Below are positions 1-9,320 of a DNA stretch of 61,603 nt, piece after piece. Under the pieces are notes generated by a model. It saw nothing but the letters and a program-made list of their open reading frames with translations. It searched no databases and was not told where the DNA came from. How positions within the stretch are numbered: position 1 is the stretch's first letter; each line of letters opens with the position of its first letter. Position numbers and translations under genes: made by a program. Source of the stretch: Actinomycetota bacterium (GTDB lineage Bacteria > Actinomycetota > Actinomycetes > JAKEEW01); contig JBKOZJ010000030.1 in NCBI GenBank assembly GCA_046725875.1, positions 1-61,603 of the forward strand, in the 5' to 3' direction.

Positions 1-127
1 GATCGTCGAAGAGGATCACGCCGTTGCACAGGAGGCTCCACCCCTGTTCGGGGTGCGAGGCGATGGTGCGTGCAGCGTCGCGGTCAGGGTGGTCGGCGGG
101 TGGGCACGGCGGCTGGTGTGTACACAT
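1..127 (-). CDS. DUF5999-family small protein (3' end runs off the window)
   Basis: Manual translation from ATG 127: MCTHQPPCPPADHPDRDAARTIASHPEQGWSLLCNGVILFDD, the recognisable actinobacterial DUF5999 signature; GAGG upstream. Not in the ORF track. Confidence 0.85.
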   Translation of the reverse strand, partial: MCTHQPPCPPADHPDRDAARTIASHPEQGWSLLCNGVILFDD

Positions 128-208
128 CGCGCACCTCTTGAGCTCCTCGGTCCTATCGGGTCTTCGCCGCCCGGAGCAGCTCCGGACTAGGGGGTCGGTT
201 ACCTGTAG

Positions 209-236
209 AGACGGTCCGCGACCCTGAAAAGGGACA
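209..236 (-). promoter_or_regulatory. ECF-sigma-type promoter candidate (TGTCCC-N16-CCGTCT)
   Basis: Minus strand tgtccc ttttcagggtcgcgga ccgtct, ~80 bp upstream of the DUF5999 start; resembles the TGTC...CGTC architecture of ECF41-like promoters. Confidence 0.4.
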
Positions 237-423
237 GGTGGACCTGCGCTATCAACGGTAGGAATGAATTGGGTCGCTGATCAGATCCAATTCCACGCTG
301 GTTGGGTGGGCCGGTGGGTGTGAGTCGCGGCCGAGCCGCGTCGCTGCCGACCGCACCCGATTCGTCGAGGGTCGTCGCCGTGCCCGGGCGTGCGGAGCAC
401 CCTGTGACAGCACAACGGCCCGC

Positions 424-1032
424 TCACCCGGCCTCCCACGCGAACCCGTCCGGGTCAGTGAAGGACCCGGCATTGCTGCCAATGATGATCCGGTGTGATC
501 CGGTGCCGTCTGGGGCGACGCCGGCGTCTTTGGCTAGGGCACGGCGCCCGTAGAGCGCCAACTTAACGGGACCCGACGGAGCGGCGAACTCGACGTACTT
601 GCGGCCAAAGCTCCTGGCCACCGCTAGGCCACGGTCGACGTAGAACCGCTTGCTCACGGCGACGTCCGCGACTCCCAACAGGAGCACGATTTCGTCGATC
701 TGGCGAGTGGCCGGGCCGGTGTCCTTCTTCGACGACGTCGCGACCTTCCAGATCGTCCCGTCTGGGGCGCGCACGACACCGCCGTAGCCCCAGAACCCCT
801 TCTTGGCTGGCTTCAGCGGCATCGCGCCGGCGTCGAGGGCGGGGCCGATGAGTGCGTCGACCGTAGCCGGCTGGGATACCACGAGCGACAGCGTGAACCC
901 ACGAAAGCCGGTCGTCGGCGCCTCCGAGACGCGTAGGCGCACCTGTTTGCCCAAACCAAAGGCAGCGGTATAGAAGTCGTCGGCGACCGTTGGGTCGGGC
1001 ACTTCCAGGGTGACGGATTCGACGGAGCTCAT
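424..1032 (-). CDS. VOC/glyoxalase-family protein (two VOC repeats)
   Basis: MSSVESVTLEVPDPTVADDFY...WGYGGVVRAPDGTIWKV...LLLGVADVAVSKRFY...FTDPDGFAWE; start reassigned to ATG 1032. Confidence 0.85.
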   Translation of the reverse strand: MSSVESVTLEVPDPTVADDFYTAAFGLGKQVRLRVSEAPTTGFRGFTLSLVVSQPATVDALIGPALDAGAMPLKPAKKGFWGYGGVVRAPDGTIWKVATSSKKDTGPATRQIDEIVLLLGVADVAVSKRFYVDRGLAVARSFGRKYVEFAAPSGPVKLALYGRRALAKDAGVAPDGTGSHRIIIGSNAGSFTDPDGFAWEAG

Positions 1033-1210
1033 GGCAGGTCCATTGGTAAGGCGGGATTTGGTCTCGTGACTGGTGCTCTCCATGACGGGCACGCTAGGTG
1101 CGGCTCGGTGACCGGCGCTTCTCGATTCCTGATCGGTCTTCCGCGCTACATCGCGGTCGCCGACGCCGTTGGGGCCTCTAGCCGCGCCGCGCGGCACTTG
1201 ATCGTTGAAC

Positions 1211-1250
1211 GGTGGATCGAAGTGGCCATCGCAGGACACTTCGATCCACC
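1211..1250. repeat. 14-bp perfect inverted repeat (REP-like palindrome or terminator)
   Basis: GGTGGATCGAAGTG (1211-1224) / CACTTCGATCCACC (1237-1250), ~65 bp downstream of the 1316 stop. Confidence 0.7.
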
Positions 1251-1315
1251 TTCTGGCGATCACAACGTCTGGAACCGTTTGGCAGGCCGTCGATCACCAA
1301 CGTTCAGGTCGTGCA

Positions 1316-1912
1316 TCACCAGTGGTGGGCGACATCGATCACCAGGCGGGAGCCCGATCCGGGCCCAGCGAGGGTGAACAGCCGGAACGGGAGCCGGGCG
1401 CGCACGCCAAGACCAATCGTGGTCTGACCCTCGAAGGAGCCGGCGCCCGCGACCTGGCGGAACGTCGAGAAGCCGGACACATCGACCAGCTCCGACCTGG
1501 TCGCCGGGAGGGTGGGTGTGCCGGTGCTGGTGTACGCCGGCGCGAGTACGATGATCTCCAGGTGTGCTCCGCCGCGCAGCGGTACGACCGTGCCGGAACC
1601 GTCCTGCGTGACCGTGGACACGTACTTCACGCGATAGGCCGCGGCCTTGCCGCTGAGGTCGACGACCAGCCTGTCATAGCACTTGTGCCGTCCCGCGCGG
1701 ACACTGGTGATCGGTGCGGTCGGATAAGAACCCGCAGTCTTGGCTAGCGAGCCCCAAGTGATGCCGCAGTACGGACCGGCGCTCGATTGAGCCGACACAG
1801 CCGTCCCGCTTTGCGGGCTGGCTGACGGGCCACTCGAGGCGGCCGACGCGACCGGAGCAGCGATGGCACCAACAATGATCAGTCCGGCGATGCCGGCGAG
1901 ACCCTTCCTCAT
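1316..1912 (-). CDS. Secreted AMIN-like domain protein
   Basis: Sec signal peptide (MRKGLAGIAGLIIVGAIAAPVASA); GRHKCYDRLVVD, GSFEGQTTIGLGV and RLVIDVAH motifs. Confidence 0.85.
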   Translation of the reverse strand: MRKGLAGIAGLIIVGAIAAPVASAASSGPSASPQSGTAVSAQSSAGPYCGITWGSLAKTAGSYPTAPITSVRAGRHKCYDRLVVDLSGKAAAYRVKYVSTVTQDGSGTVVPLRGGAHLEIIVLAPAYTSTGTPTLPATRSELVDVSGFSTFRQVAGAGSFEGQTTIGLGVRARLPFRLFTLAGPGSGSRLVIDVAHHW

Positions 1913-1954
1913 GGCGACCCCCTAGAAAGGTATGCGAAGGTTTCGCACTCCCCG

Positions 1955-1980
1955 GACGCGGCGCCATAACGCGTTGTTGC
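1955..1980 (-). promoter_or_regulatory. SigE-type (envelope stress) promoter candidate GCAAC-N17-CGTC
   Basis: Minus strand gcaac aacgcgttatggcgccg cgtc, 43 bp upstream of the AMIN-like gene start. Confidence 0.5.
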
Positions 1981-2091
1981 TGCTCAGATCCGGAATTCCA
2001 TGCATCTGGCAGCGCTGCGGGGGGAACCCCCTGATCGCGGCGCGGCTAAGGGGGCGCCCGCAGCTTCGGTTCACCGGTCGCGCGCCCCAAC

Positions 2092-2997
2092 TCAGAACGA
2101 TGATGTGTCCGTCAGAATGCGTTCCAGGGTGCGCCGGCCGATCAGGCTCATGACTGGGTTGCTCTCGACGTAGTACCAGACCAGCCCCATCGCCTGCTCG
2201 AAGGCCCACGCCTTGCCGCGTGTCCACTCAAGGTCGTCGCTCCCAAGGTCGTCGCGGAGCACCTGCCGCGGGCCGGCCTCGAGCAGATGCCAGGCACTGA
2301 CAAGGTCGAGCGCAGGGTCGGCGGGCCCCAGGCCACCGACGTCGATGATCCCGGCCAGGCGCCCATTGGAGACGAGCACATTACCGGGGACCAAGTCACC
2401 GTGGTTCATGACATCAGGCGCCGCGCTGCGCGACAGGACGCGCAGCTGATCCCACATTTGCCGAAGCAGTGGAACGTCCAGGAGCCCTTCGCTTTCTTGA
2501 AAGCACATCTCCATCCAGGCGTCGTGGGCATGTAGGTCGCCGCCCCGGCCCTTTCCGCTGAACGACCGGCCTCGAGTGTCGATTGCGCGCACGGCATGAA
2601 TGAACTCGGCGATGTCGTGCGCAAACGCGACGGAATCGCCCAGGTCATGGTCGTTGGCGACCGTTCCGGGCAGCCAGGTCTGCACCGACCACGGAAGCGG
2701 GTAGCCCGCCCCGGGCTCGCCAAGTGCGACGGGCTCGGGCGTGCGAAACCGGGTCCGACCCAGCAGCTCGTGGGCTGCCTCCGCCTCGGACTCCAGCCCT
2801 CGCCGGGTCGACGCGGCGTCTCCAGGCTCTATGGGGAGCCGGGCAACGTACTGGTCGCCAATGCGGAACAGGGCGTTGACAGTCCCCCGCGCAGTGATCT
2901 CCCTCATCGGGAGGCCCCGCCACTCCGGGAATTGCTCATCCACCAGCTCGCGCACCGTCGCAAGGGACACTCTCAGCTGGTTGGGATGCATGTCCAC
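2092..2997 (-). CDS. Aminoglycoside phosphotransferase (APH/choline kinase) family protein
   Basis: GTVNALFRIG, HGDLVPGN catalytic loop, IIDVG metal-binding motif, DPALDL; start GTG 2997 or ATG 2991. Confidence 0.9.
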   Translation of the reverse strand: MDMHPNQLRVSLATVRELVDEQFPEWRGLPMREITARGTVNALFRIGDQYVARLPIEPGDAASTRRGLESEAEAAHELLGRTRFRTPEPVALGEPGAGYPLPWSVQTWLPGTVANDHDLGDSVAFAHDIAEFIHAVRAIDTRGRSFSGKGRGGDLHAHDAWMEMCFQESEGLLDVPLLRQMWDQLRVLSRSAAPDVMNHGDLVPGNVLVSNGRLAGIIDVGGLGPADPALDLVSAWHLLEAGPRQVLRDDLGSDDLEWTRGKAWAFEQAMGLVWYYVESNPVMSLIGRRTLERILTDTSSF

Positions 2998-3209
2998 GGC
3001 GAGAGCATCACGTATGCCGACCTTCGACCGCAATCTGCTTTCGCCGCACCACCGCCCCGCCCGAGGGCCCTGGGGTCGTGACCGCACAAAGAGCTCGGGC
3101 GGTTCGGTCGAGGCTGATTGGCGAGAAGATACTGGCTAAAGCAGGGTCCGCGTACGAGCGACTCGTCCGCATTGGCCGGCAAGCATCGCACAGAAGGGGC
3201 GGAATAACG

Positions 3210-3578
3210 ATGGAGCGGGTGACCACCGACCCAGCTGCCTGGCCGTGGCCGGATGAGCTAGATGCGGTCGTGGCAGCGCCTGCCTCCCACCGTGTCGTGT
3301 TCGAGAACGAGCTCACCCGCGTGCTCGAGGTCGTGATCGGCCCTGGCGAGCGGGAGCCAACGCACACCCACCGCTGGCCGAGCATCATGCTGGTCGACCG
3401 GCCGGCCCGCATCCGCTACTACGCCGGGGACACACTCACCTACACCTCACCGGAGCCCACATCCTCCGTCGAGCCCAAGCCGAGGGTCAGCTGGCTCGAC
3501 CCCGAAGGCCCACATTCGGTCGATAACATCGACGAGCACGCTTATGGGGCCTTCCGTATCGAGTTCAAGCAGGCCTGA
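3210..3578 (+). CDS. Cupin-domain protein
   Basis: HRVVFENELTRVLEVVIGPGEREPTHTH...PHSVDN...IEFK cupin pattern. Confidence 0.8.
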   Translation: MERVTTDPAAWPWPDELDAVVAAPASHRVVFENELTRVLEVVIGPGEREPTHTHRWPSIMLVDRPARIRYYAGDTLTYTSPEPTSSVEPKPRVSWLDPEGPHSVDNIDEHAYGAFRIEFKQA

Positions 3579-3747
3579 CCATGGTGAGCCCGCACCATCT
3601 GGCGCCGTTTCATCGACGCTCTTCTCATTGTTGAACGACTCGACCCTTGCCAGTGGCGGCCGCCAGAAAGGTAGTCCTGATGGTCTGGTCGCCCGTGACC
3701 CCTAGCCTTCAACTGTCCGCTTGGATTCCGCAGAGGCAGGCAGACCC

Positions 3748-4272
3748 GTGTCCGACAACCCAGCGCAGGTCTCCGCTCCCGCCGAGCCCGACCGCGCCGA
3801 TTCCGATGACCCCCGGCTGGCATTCGTCTATCAGGAGGCGCTGCGCGGTCTGCTGCAGCAGCAGGCCGCGGTCGAAAGTCTCCACAACCGGGCCGCCACG
3901 CTGGTGTTCGCCGCATCGTTCGCCAGTTCCTTGTTGGGCAGCCGCGCGCTCGCCGACGGCGTCGACGCCTGGGATTGGGCGGGGCTTGGCCTGCTGCTCG
4001 CCATCGGTGTGCTGACCGTCGTCCTGCTTTGGCCGTACTACAACTTGTCGTTCCGATTCGATCCCGCCGACCTGCTCAGCCACTACGTCGAGGGCCCCAC
4101 ACAACAGACCATGTCCGGGATGCACCGGGCGCTCGCCCTGCGGATCAAGGACGACTGGCACAGCAATGGCCGGATAGTGCGCAGACTTCGGGAGGCGTTC
4201 CAGCTCGCCCTCATCCTTCTGGTGCTCGAGATCCTCGTCTGGATGTTCGCCATCGCCTCGAGCTCAGACTAG
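3748..4272 (+). CDS. Hypothetical 3-TM membrane protein
   Basis: Three hydrophobic segments and good GC3 bias; start GTG 3748 inferred. Confidence 0.7.
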   Translation: MSDNPAQVSAPAEPDRADSDDPRLAFVYQEALRGLLQQQAAVESLHNRAATLVFAASFASSLLGSRALADGVDAWDWAGLGLLLAIGVLTVVLLWPYYNLSFRFDPADLLSHYVEGPTQQTMSGMHRALALRIKDDWHSNGRIVRRLREAFQLALILLVLEILVWMFAIASSSD

Positions 4273-4301
4273 CCATCGAGCACGCCCCGGCCGGGTGGGT
4301 C

Positions 4302-5798
4302 CTAAGGGCGCCTCTTGAGGTAGAGCACTGCTGGCCCAACGTCGCCGAACGGTGGAGTGAATTCCACATTGTCGTGAGCCTCGACGGTCAGGAGGCCGCC
4401 GAGCTGCGTCCCACGGCTGGAGATGTCATACCACTCGACTGCATAGGTGCCGGGCGGCAGCGACACAGTAAACGGATCACTCGTTTCGCTTTGCTGCAGG
4501 ACGAGGTACTCCCTGCCGGGGCTTGCCAACGCGTAGCCGGTAGAGCTGAGCTCGCCGCGCGGCTCCATCGCCATCAGCTCCATCCGCTGCGCGAAGCGGA
4601 GCGTGTCGCCCATCGCATGACGGGCCGGCTCGAATGACTCGTAAGACGGCACACCGAGCGACGGATCGAGCGGGTTCGCAACGTCGATGATCCCATAGTC
4701 GATGAGAATCGGGTGGTGCCCACGCAGGAAGCTCCGCCATGCCCATAGCGCATCCCCGCTGCCGGCGGCGTAATGGCCGGTATCGGTCATCACGACTTTC
4801 CTGCCGTCGCTGGCCGGTGGGTCGGTGAACCACCGGCCGGTGAAGAGCTCATCATCGAAGCCGGGCGAGATCCAATCCGCCGGTCCGTTGAACAGCGGGT
4901 CATTGACCTTGCTCTGGTCCGGGACTGGATATTGCATCGTCATGCCGACCGGATGCGCGTCGTAGCCGATCTGCCGCTCGTACTGCTTGACGAAGTCGAT
5001 CACCCAGTACTGCCATTCGGTCGAGTCGCCCGTCTCGGCCGACTCGGGCAGCCCAAGCGCTTGGGCGAGCTCGGCGACGATGGGTCCACCACCGGTGGAC
5101 TCGTTTGCTACCTCGTACAGCACGTTGGGCAAGTCGTGCACCGTGTCGACGACCTTGCGAAGGTACGCCTCCTGGACGGCTCGGACCCGTGGGGCGAGCG
5201 GGAGCACCTGGTAGTCATCGATCGAAGTGATCGCAATCTCGTTGATGTTGTTCAGCGCATGGAACGGGTGGCCCTCGACATTGTCCGGTGGAGGACTGAG
5301 GTGGAGGCCGAAGCCATCGAAGAACATGACGGCGACATAGATGCCCTCGTTGCCGGCGGCAGTGACGCGATCGCGCAGCCGCTCGAAGTAGGCCTCGTCG
5401 AACACTGTGAGGTCAAATCTCGGCTTTCCGTCCGTCGCTGCCCCCGGTCCGGTTCGCGACCAAGGCTGCGGCGTCATGCAGAGGTGGAAGTTGCCGGCGG
5501 CGGCCTGCGACTTGAATTGTTCCCAGCGCCAGAGCCGAATGAAGTTGTGCCCGTGGTCCTTCAGGAAGCGCACGTAGGCGGCGTAGTCGTTTCGCTCGGG
5601 AACCGCTGCGCAGTCGCTACCAGGGCCGAGTCCATCGTGGAAGTTGTTCCAGATGTGTGAGCCGGTCAGGTACACCGCCCGCCGTTCGTCATCCCGTGCC
5701 GCGACCGCGAAGTAGCGCGGGTTGGCATCGCTGACCACGAGCGGACCGGCGGCGGCGTTTGGTCCACTCAAGCGACCGGACGAAGTGGTCGCGCTCAC
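4302..5798 (-). CDS. DUF6298/DUF4038-like putative glycoside hydrolase with C-terminal collagen-binding-like domain
   Basis: NPRYF...YLTGSHIWNN, HNFIRLWRWE, LYEVANE (GH-A clan-like NE), C-terminal GTYAVEWYD...VLYL; GTG 5798 overlaps the upstream TGA (GTGA). Confidence 0.75.
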   Translation of the reverse strand: MSATTSSGRLSGPNAAAGPLVVSDANPRYFAVAARDDERRAVYLTGSHIWNNFHDGLGPGSDCAAVPERNDYAAYVRFLKDHGHNFIRLWRWEQFKSQAAAGNFHLCMTPQPWSRTGPGAATDGKPRFDLTVFDEAYFERLRDRVTAAGNEGIYVAVMFFDGFGLHLSPPPDNVEGHPFHALNNINEIAITSIDDYQVLPLAPRVRAVQEAYLRKVVDTVHDLPNVLYEVANESTGGGPIVAELAQALGLPESAETGDSTEWQYWVIDFVKQYERQIGYDAHPVGMTMQYPVPDQSKVNDPLFNGPADWISPGFDDELFTGRWFTDPPASDGRKVVMTDTGHYAAGSGDALWAWRSFLRGHHPILIDYGIIDVANPLDPSLGVPSYESFEPARHAMGDTLRFAQRMELMAMEPRGELSSTGYALASPGREYLVLQQSETSDPFTVSLPPGTYAVEWYDISSRGTQLGGLLTVEAHDNVEFTPPFGDVGPAVLYLKRRP

Positions 5799-6304
5799 TC
5801 GCTCGTGCCCTCCGCGTTCGAGGCGCGACCTCCCCAGATGTCGTACGCCACATTGCCGGGGCCCTCCCGGCCCGGATTCGGCCGCCACCCGCCGGAGAAC
5901 ATCGTGCCGTCCTCGCTCCATTTGCCATGGAAAGTCGCGCCGAGCATCTCGGTCGTGATCGTCAGCTCGTCGCCGTCGATCTCCCATCGGTACGGGATGG
6001 GGATACCTGCCATGCTTGCGTACACGGTCGAGGGGAACGTACCGGTCGCGGGATCGTAACCGATCACCTCCAGACCCTCGATCTGATAACCGGCGAAGTC
6101 GAGCTTGATCCGCTGCTGGAGGAAGTAACCGCCCGGCAGCCACTCGAACGTGGCTCGCCCGGCCACGTTGTCGACCTCCGAGTCGAGCGTGCGGCCCTTC
6201 ATGTCCCACGTCCCGACGAACGGGTCTAGCAACCTCAGTTTCGGATCAGGTCCGGGCGGCTGCTGTCCCTGCTGGTCCTGGATCTCGAAGTCAGTCATGT
6301 CCAT
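5795..6304 (-). CDS. DUF1579-family beta-barrel protein
   Basis: LDPFVGTW...FEWLPGGYFLQQ...EVIGYDPATG pattern. Confidence 0.8.
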   Translation of the reverse strand: MDMTDFEIQDQQGQQPPGPDPKLRLLDPFVGTWDMKGRTLDSEVDNVAGRATFEWLPGGYFLQQRIKLDFAGYQIEGLEVIGYDPATGTFPSTVYASMAGIPIPYRWEIDGDELTITTEMLGATFHGKWSEDGTMFSGGWRPNPGREGPGNVAYDIWGGRASNAEGTSE

Positions 6305-6382
6305 CGTCTTCCTATACGGCCGCCCGGCCGGTGCCCGAGCGGATCACCCGCCGAACGTTTCCACCTGAACCGGACAGGAACA

Positions 6383-6398
6383 TCGGCCACCTGGCCGA
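6383..6398. promoter_or_regulatory. Palindromic operator candidate TCGGCCA-cc-TGGCCGA
   Basis: Perfect 7-bp arms in the divergent gap between DUF1579 and the LuxR-type regulator. Confidence 0.55.
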
Positions 6399-6439
6399 CA
6401 ACGGCGGGTCGCGGGCTGGGCACTGGCAAACTGAAACCG

Positions 6440-9247
6440 ATGTGGGTGACACGCGAAGCTCGGCAGCACGACCCGCGGCGAGCCGCACGGCCGGTTAACC
6501 AGCAGCCGAACAGCCTTCCGGTCCACCTCACTCGATTCATCGGCCGATCGGCCGAGCTCGCAGTCATCGGCGAACTGCTCGAAGGCAATCGTCTCGTTAC
6601 GCTCACCGGCGTGGGCGGCGTCGGCAAGACCCGCCTTGCCGCGGAAGCGGCAGCCAACCCGGCCCGCCCGTGGCAGGACGGGATCTGGTGGACCGACCTG
6701 AGCCGGACAAAGGATCCCCCCACGGTCGCCGAGGCCGTCGCTTCCTCGATCGGCGTAATCGTCGAACCGACCGGAGGGGCGCTGCGATCGCTGAGGACTC
6801 ACCTGCGCGGCCGGGCGATGCTCGGGTGCCTCGACAACTGTGAACACGTGCTGGATAGTGCCGCCGAGGTGGCGAGCGCCTTGCTGGGGTCCTGCCCCGG
6901 TGTCGCGATGCTGACGACCAGCCGCGAGCCTCTCGGTGTACCGGGCGAGGTGGTCTGGCCGGTACCGCCGCTCGGCGAAGAAGACGCGTTCGCGTTGTTC
7001 ATGGACCGAGCGCATCTGGTCAGTCCGTGGCTCACCCTCGACGCCTTGAGCGAAGAAGCAGTCCGCGTTGTGTGCTCCCGCCTGGACGGCGTCCCGCTCG
7101 CCCTCGAGCTCGCGGCCGCGTGGCTGCGGACGCTTACACCGCAACAGATCGAGGCCGGCCTCGACGATCGGTTCGCGCTGCTGGTCCGTGCTTCACGGGG
7201 AGTTGTTCCGCGACAGCAGTCGCTTGCTGCATCGATCGATTGGAGCCACACGCTTCTCGACGACCGCGAGCGCGCGGTGTTCCGGAGGCTTGCGGTCTTC
7301 GCCGGCAGTTTTGGACTGGACGCGGCAGAGGCGGTCTGCGCCGGCGGGTCGGTTGCCCCCCAGGATGTCCTCGGGGCGACCGCTCGACTGGTGGACAAGT
7401 CGCTCGTCGTTGCCGCGGCGCGCGACGGCGAGGCGCGCTATCGGCTCCTGGAGACGATCCGCGAGTACGCTGCGGACCGGCTCGACGAATCCGGCGAGGT
7501 GACCGTGACTCGGGATCGGCATCTCGACCACTTTCTAGCCTTCGTCGAGGGGCTCGAGCCCGAACGGCCGCGGGACATGGATGCCTGGCGGATCCGGCTC
7601 GAGCCGGCGTACGACGACCTGCGGGCGGCCCTCGACTGGGGACTCGAGGCCCCGGATCCCGAACGCGGCCGCCGGCTCGCCGCCGCTTTGTCGTGGCTGT
7701 GGCACATCCACCGGCACGGACGCGAAGGCCTTGATTATCTGCAGCGTGCCATCCGGCTCGCCCCCGACGATCGGTCTAGGCTTCAGGCCCGGCTGCTGAC
7801 GGGCCTTGCGATCGTGGTCGACACCGCGCACCCGCTCGATTTCGAGTTCGACGCGGCACAACAGGCGCTCGAGATTGCCACCGAGCACGGCGATGACGGG
7901 CTCAGGGCGCTATCCCTTTCCCTGTCCGCCGTCGGCCAGCTCTACACCGACTTTGACGCCGCCTGGTCCATCTCGCTCGAAGCCCGCACCGCCGCGCAAG
8001 CGGCCGGCGATGCGTTTGTCGCTGATGCCTCACGCGCCATCCAGGGCATCATCCTCCACCTTCGCGACCGGCATGCCGATGCAGATCCGTTGTTGCAGTC
8101 AGCCGTCGAGGGCTTGTTGCGCCGGCACCGGGGGATTGCGGCCACGATCCTCGGCTACCAGGCGCGTAGCGCGCTTTACACGGGCGACCTTGAACGAGCG
8201 CTGCACCTCGCCGAGGAGGCAGTCGATCTCGCTGAGCCACTTCGCGACTATCTCCGGGTCGGCAGCACGCGAAGCGTGCTTGCCCTCGTCTACGCCTTCG
8301 CCGGGGACACCGACGGAGGTTTCGAGATCATGCAGCCGGTATTGCGGTTGGTCGAAGACGCCGCGCAGGACGTGTTCGTACCGGAGATGGCGCGGGCAAT
8401 GGGCATGCTTCATCTCCGGCGCGGCGAGCCGACGGAGGCCGCGCGGTGGCTCGAGCCGGAAGTTTGCTCCACGGACCGTGGCACACCGACCTGGCAGGCG
8501 GCCGAGGCGATGCCACTGCTGGGAGCCGCGCTCGCCTTGCTCGGGCAGGACGACAAGGCACATGCCGTGCTCAACCATGCCGTCGCCGCCGCGGGCAGAT
8601 TCGGCATGCCACACGTCCTTGCTGAGGCGTACGAGCAGCAAGCGCAGCTGGCTACTGCGAACGATCCCGCCCGCGCCAACGAGCTTCATCACGCCGCGCT
8701 TGCCCAGCGAGTCGAGCACGGCCTGCGGACGTTCTATGTCGATGGCCTGGAGGCGATAGCCGCGCTGGCCGTGCGGGCCCGGCCGACGGCCGAGGTGGTT
8801 CGATGGCTCGCGGCCAGCGACCAAGCGCGGCAGGCGATGGGCCATCCGCGCGACTCTGTCCGCCAACGGACCCACGACACCGTCATCGCTGACCTACAGG
8901 CCGCGCTTGGTGAGCCCGCCTTCGGCGAAGCATGGGCCGCCGGTTCCAGGCTGACGCTGGATGACGCCATCAGATACGTCCGTCGCAGCCGTGGAGCACG
9001 GCAGCGGCCCGCCGCTGGTTGGAGGAGCCTCACACCGACCGAACTGGAGGTTGTCCGACTCGTCATCGACGGTCTCAACAACCCAGAGATAGGAAGTCGG
9101 CTCTTCATGAGCCGCGCCACGGTCAAGACCCACTTGTCGCACATCTATACCAAGCTCGGCCTTGCCAATCGAACCGAACTCGCCACCGCTGCCGTTACCC
9201 ACCTTGGGCCGGGAGGACGGCGATCCGCCGCATCGCGGCGCCGATAA
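6440..9247 (+). CDS. ATP-binding (STAND/NB-ARC-like) LuxR-family transcriptional regulator
   Basis: Walker A GVGGVGKT, LDNCEH, TSREPL, LDGVPLALELAA, helical repeats, C-terminal LuxR HTH LTPTELEV...NPEIG...TVKTHL. Confidence 0.95.
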   Translation: MWVTREARQHDPRRAARPVNQQPNSLPVHLTRFIGRSAELAVIGELLEGNRLVTLTGVGGVGKTRLAAEAAANPARPWQDGIWWTDLSRTKDPPTVAEAVASSIGVIVEPTGGALRSLRTHLRGRAMLGCLDNCEHVLDSAAEVASALLGSCPGVAMLTTSREPLGVPGEVVWPVPPLGEEDAFALFMDRAHLVSPWLTLDALSEEAVRVVCSRLDGVPLALELAAAWLRTLTPQQIEAGLDDRFALLVRASRGVVPRQQSLAASIDWSHTLLDDRERAVFRRLAVFAGSFGLDAAEAVCAGGSVAPQDVLGATARLVDKSLVVAAARDGEARYRLLETIREYAADRLDESGEVTVTRDRHLDHFLAFVEGLEPERPRDMDAWRIRLEPAYDDLRAALDWGLEAPDPERGRRLAAALSWLWHIHRHGREGLDYLQRAIRLAPDDRSRLQARLLTGLAIVVDTAHPLDFEFDAAQQALEIATEHGDDGLRALSLSLSAVGQLYTDFDAAWSISLEARTAAQAAGDAFVADASRAIQGIILHLRDRHADADPLLQSAVEGLLRRHRGIAATILGYQARSALYTGDLERALHLAEEAVDLAEPLRDYLRVGSTRSVLALVYAFAGDTDGGFEIMQPVLRLVEDAAQDVFVPEMARAMGMLHLRRGEPTEAARWLEPEVCSTDRGTPTWQAAEAMPLLGAALALLGQDDKAHAVLNHAVAAAGRFGMPHVLAEAYEQQAQLATANDPARANELHHAALAQRVEHGLRTFYVDGLEAIAALAVRARPTAEVVRWLAASDQARQAMGHPRDSVRQRTHDTVIADLQAALGEPAFGEAWAAGSRLTLDDAIRYVRRSRGARQRPAAGWRSLTPTELEVVRLVIDGLNNPEIGSRLFMSRATVKTHLSHIYTKLGLANRTELATAAVTHLGPGGRRSAASRRR

Positions 9248-9320
9248 TTTGCTCCTTCATTCGGGGTCGGGCTTGACCGAGCCATCGCGTGTGCGGGGAG
9301 CGAGGCGCCACCCTGCCGGG

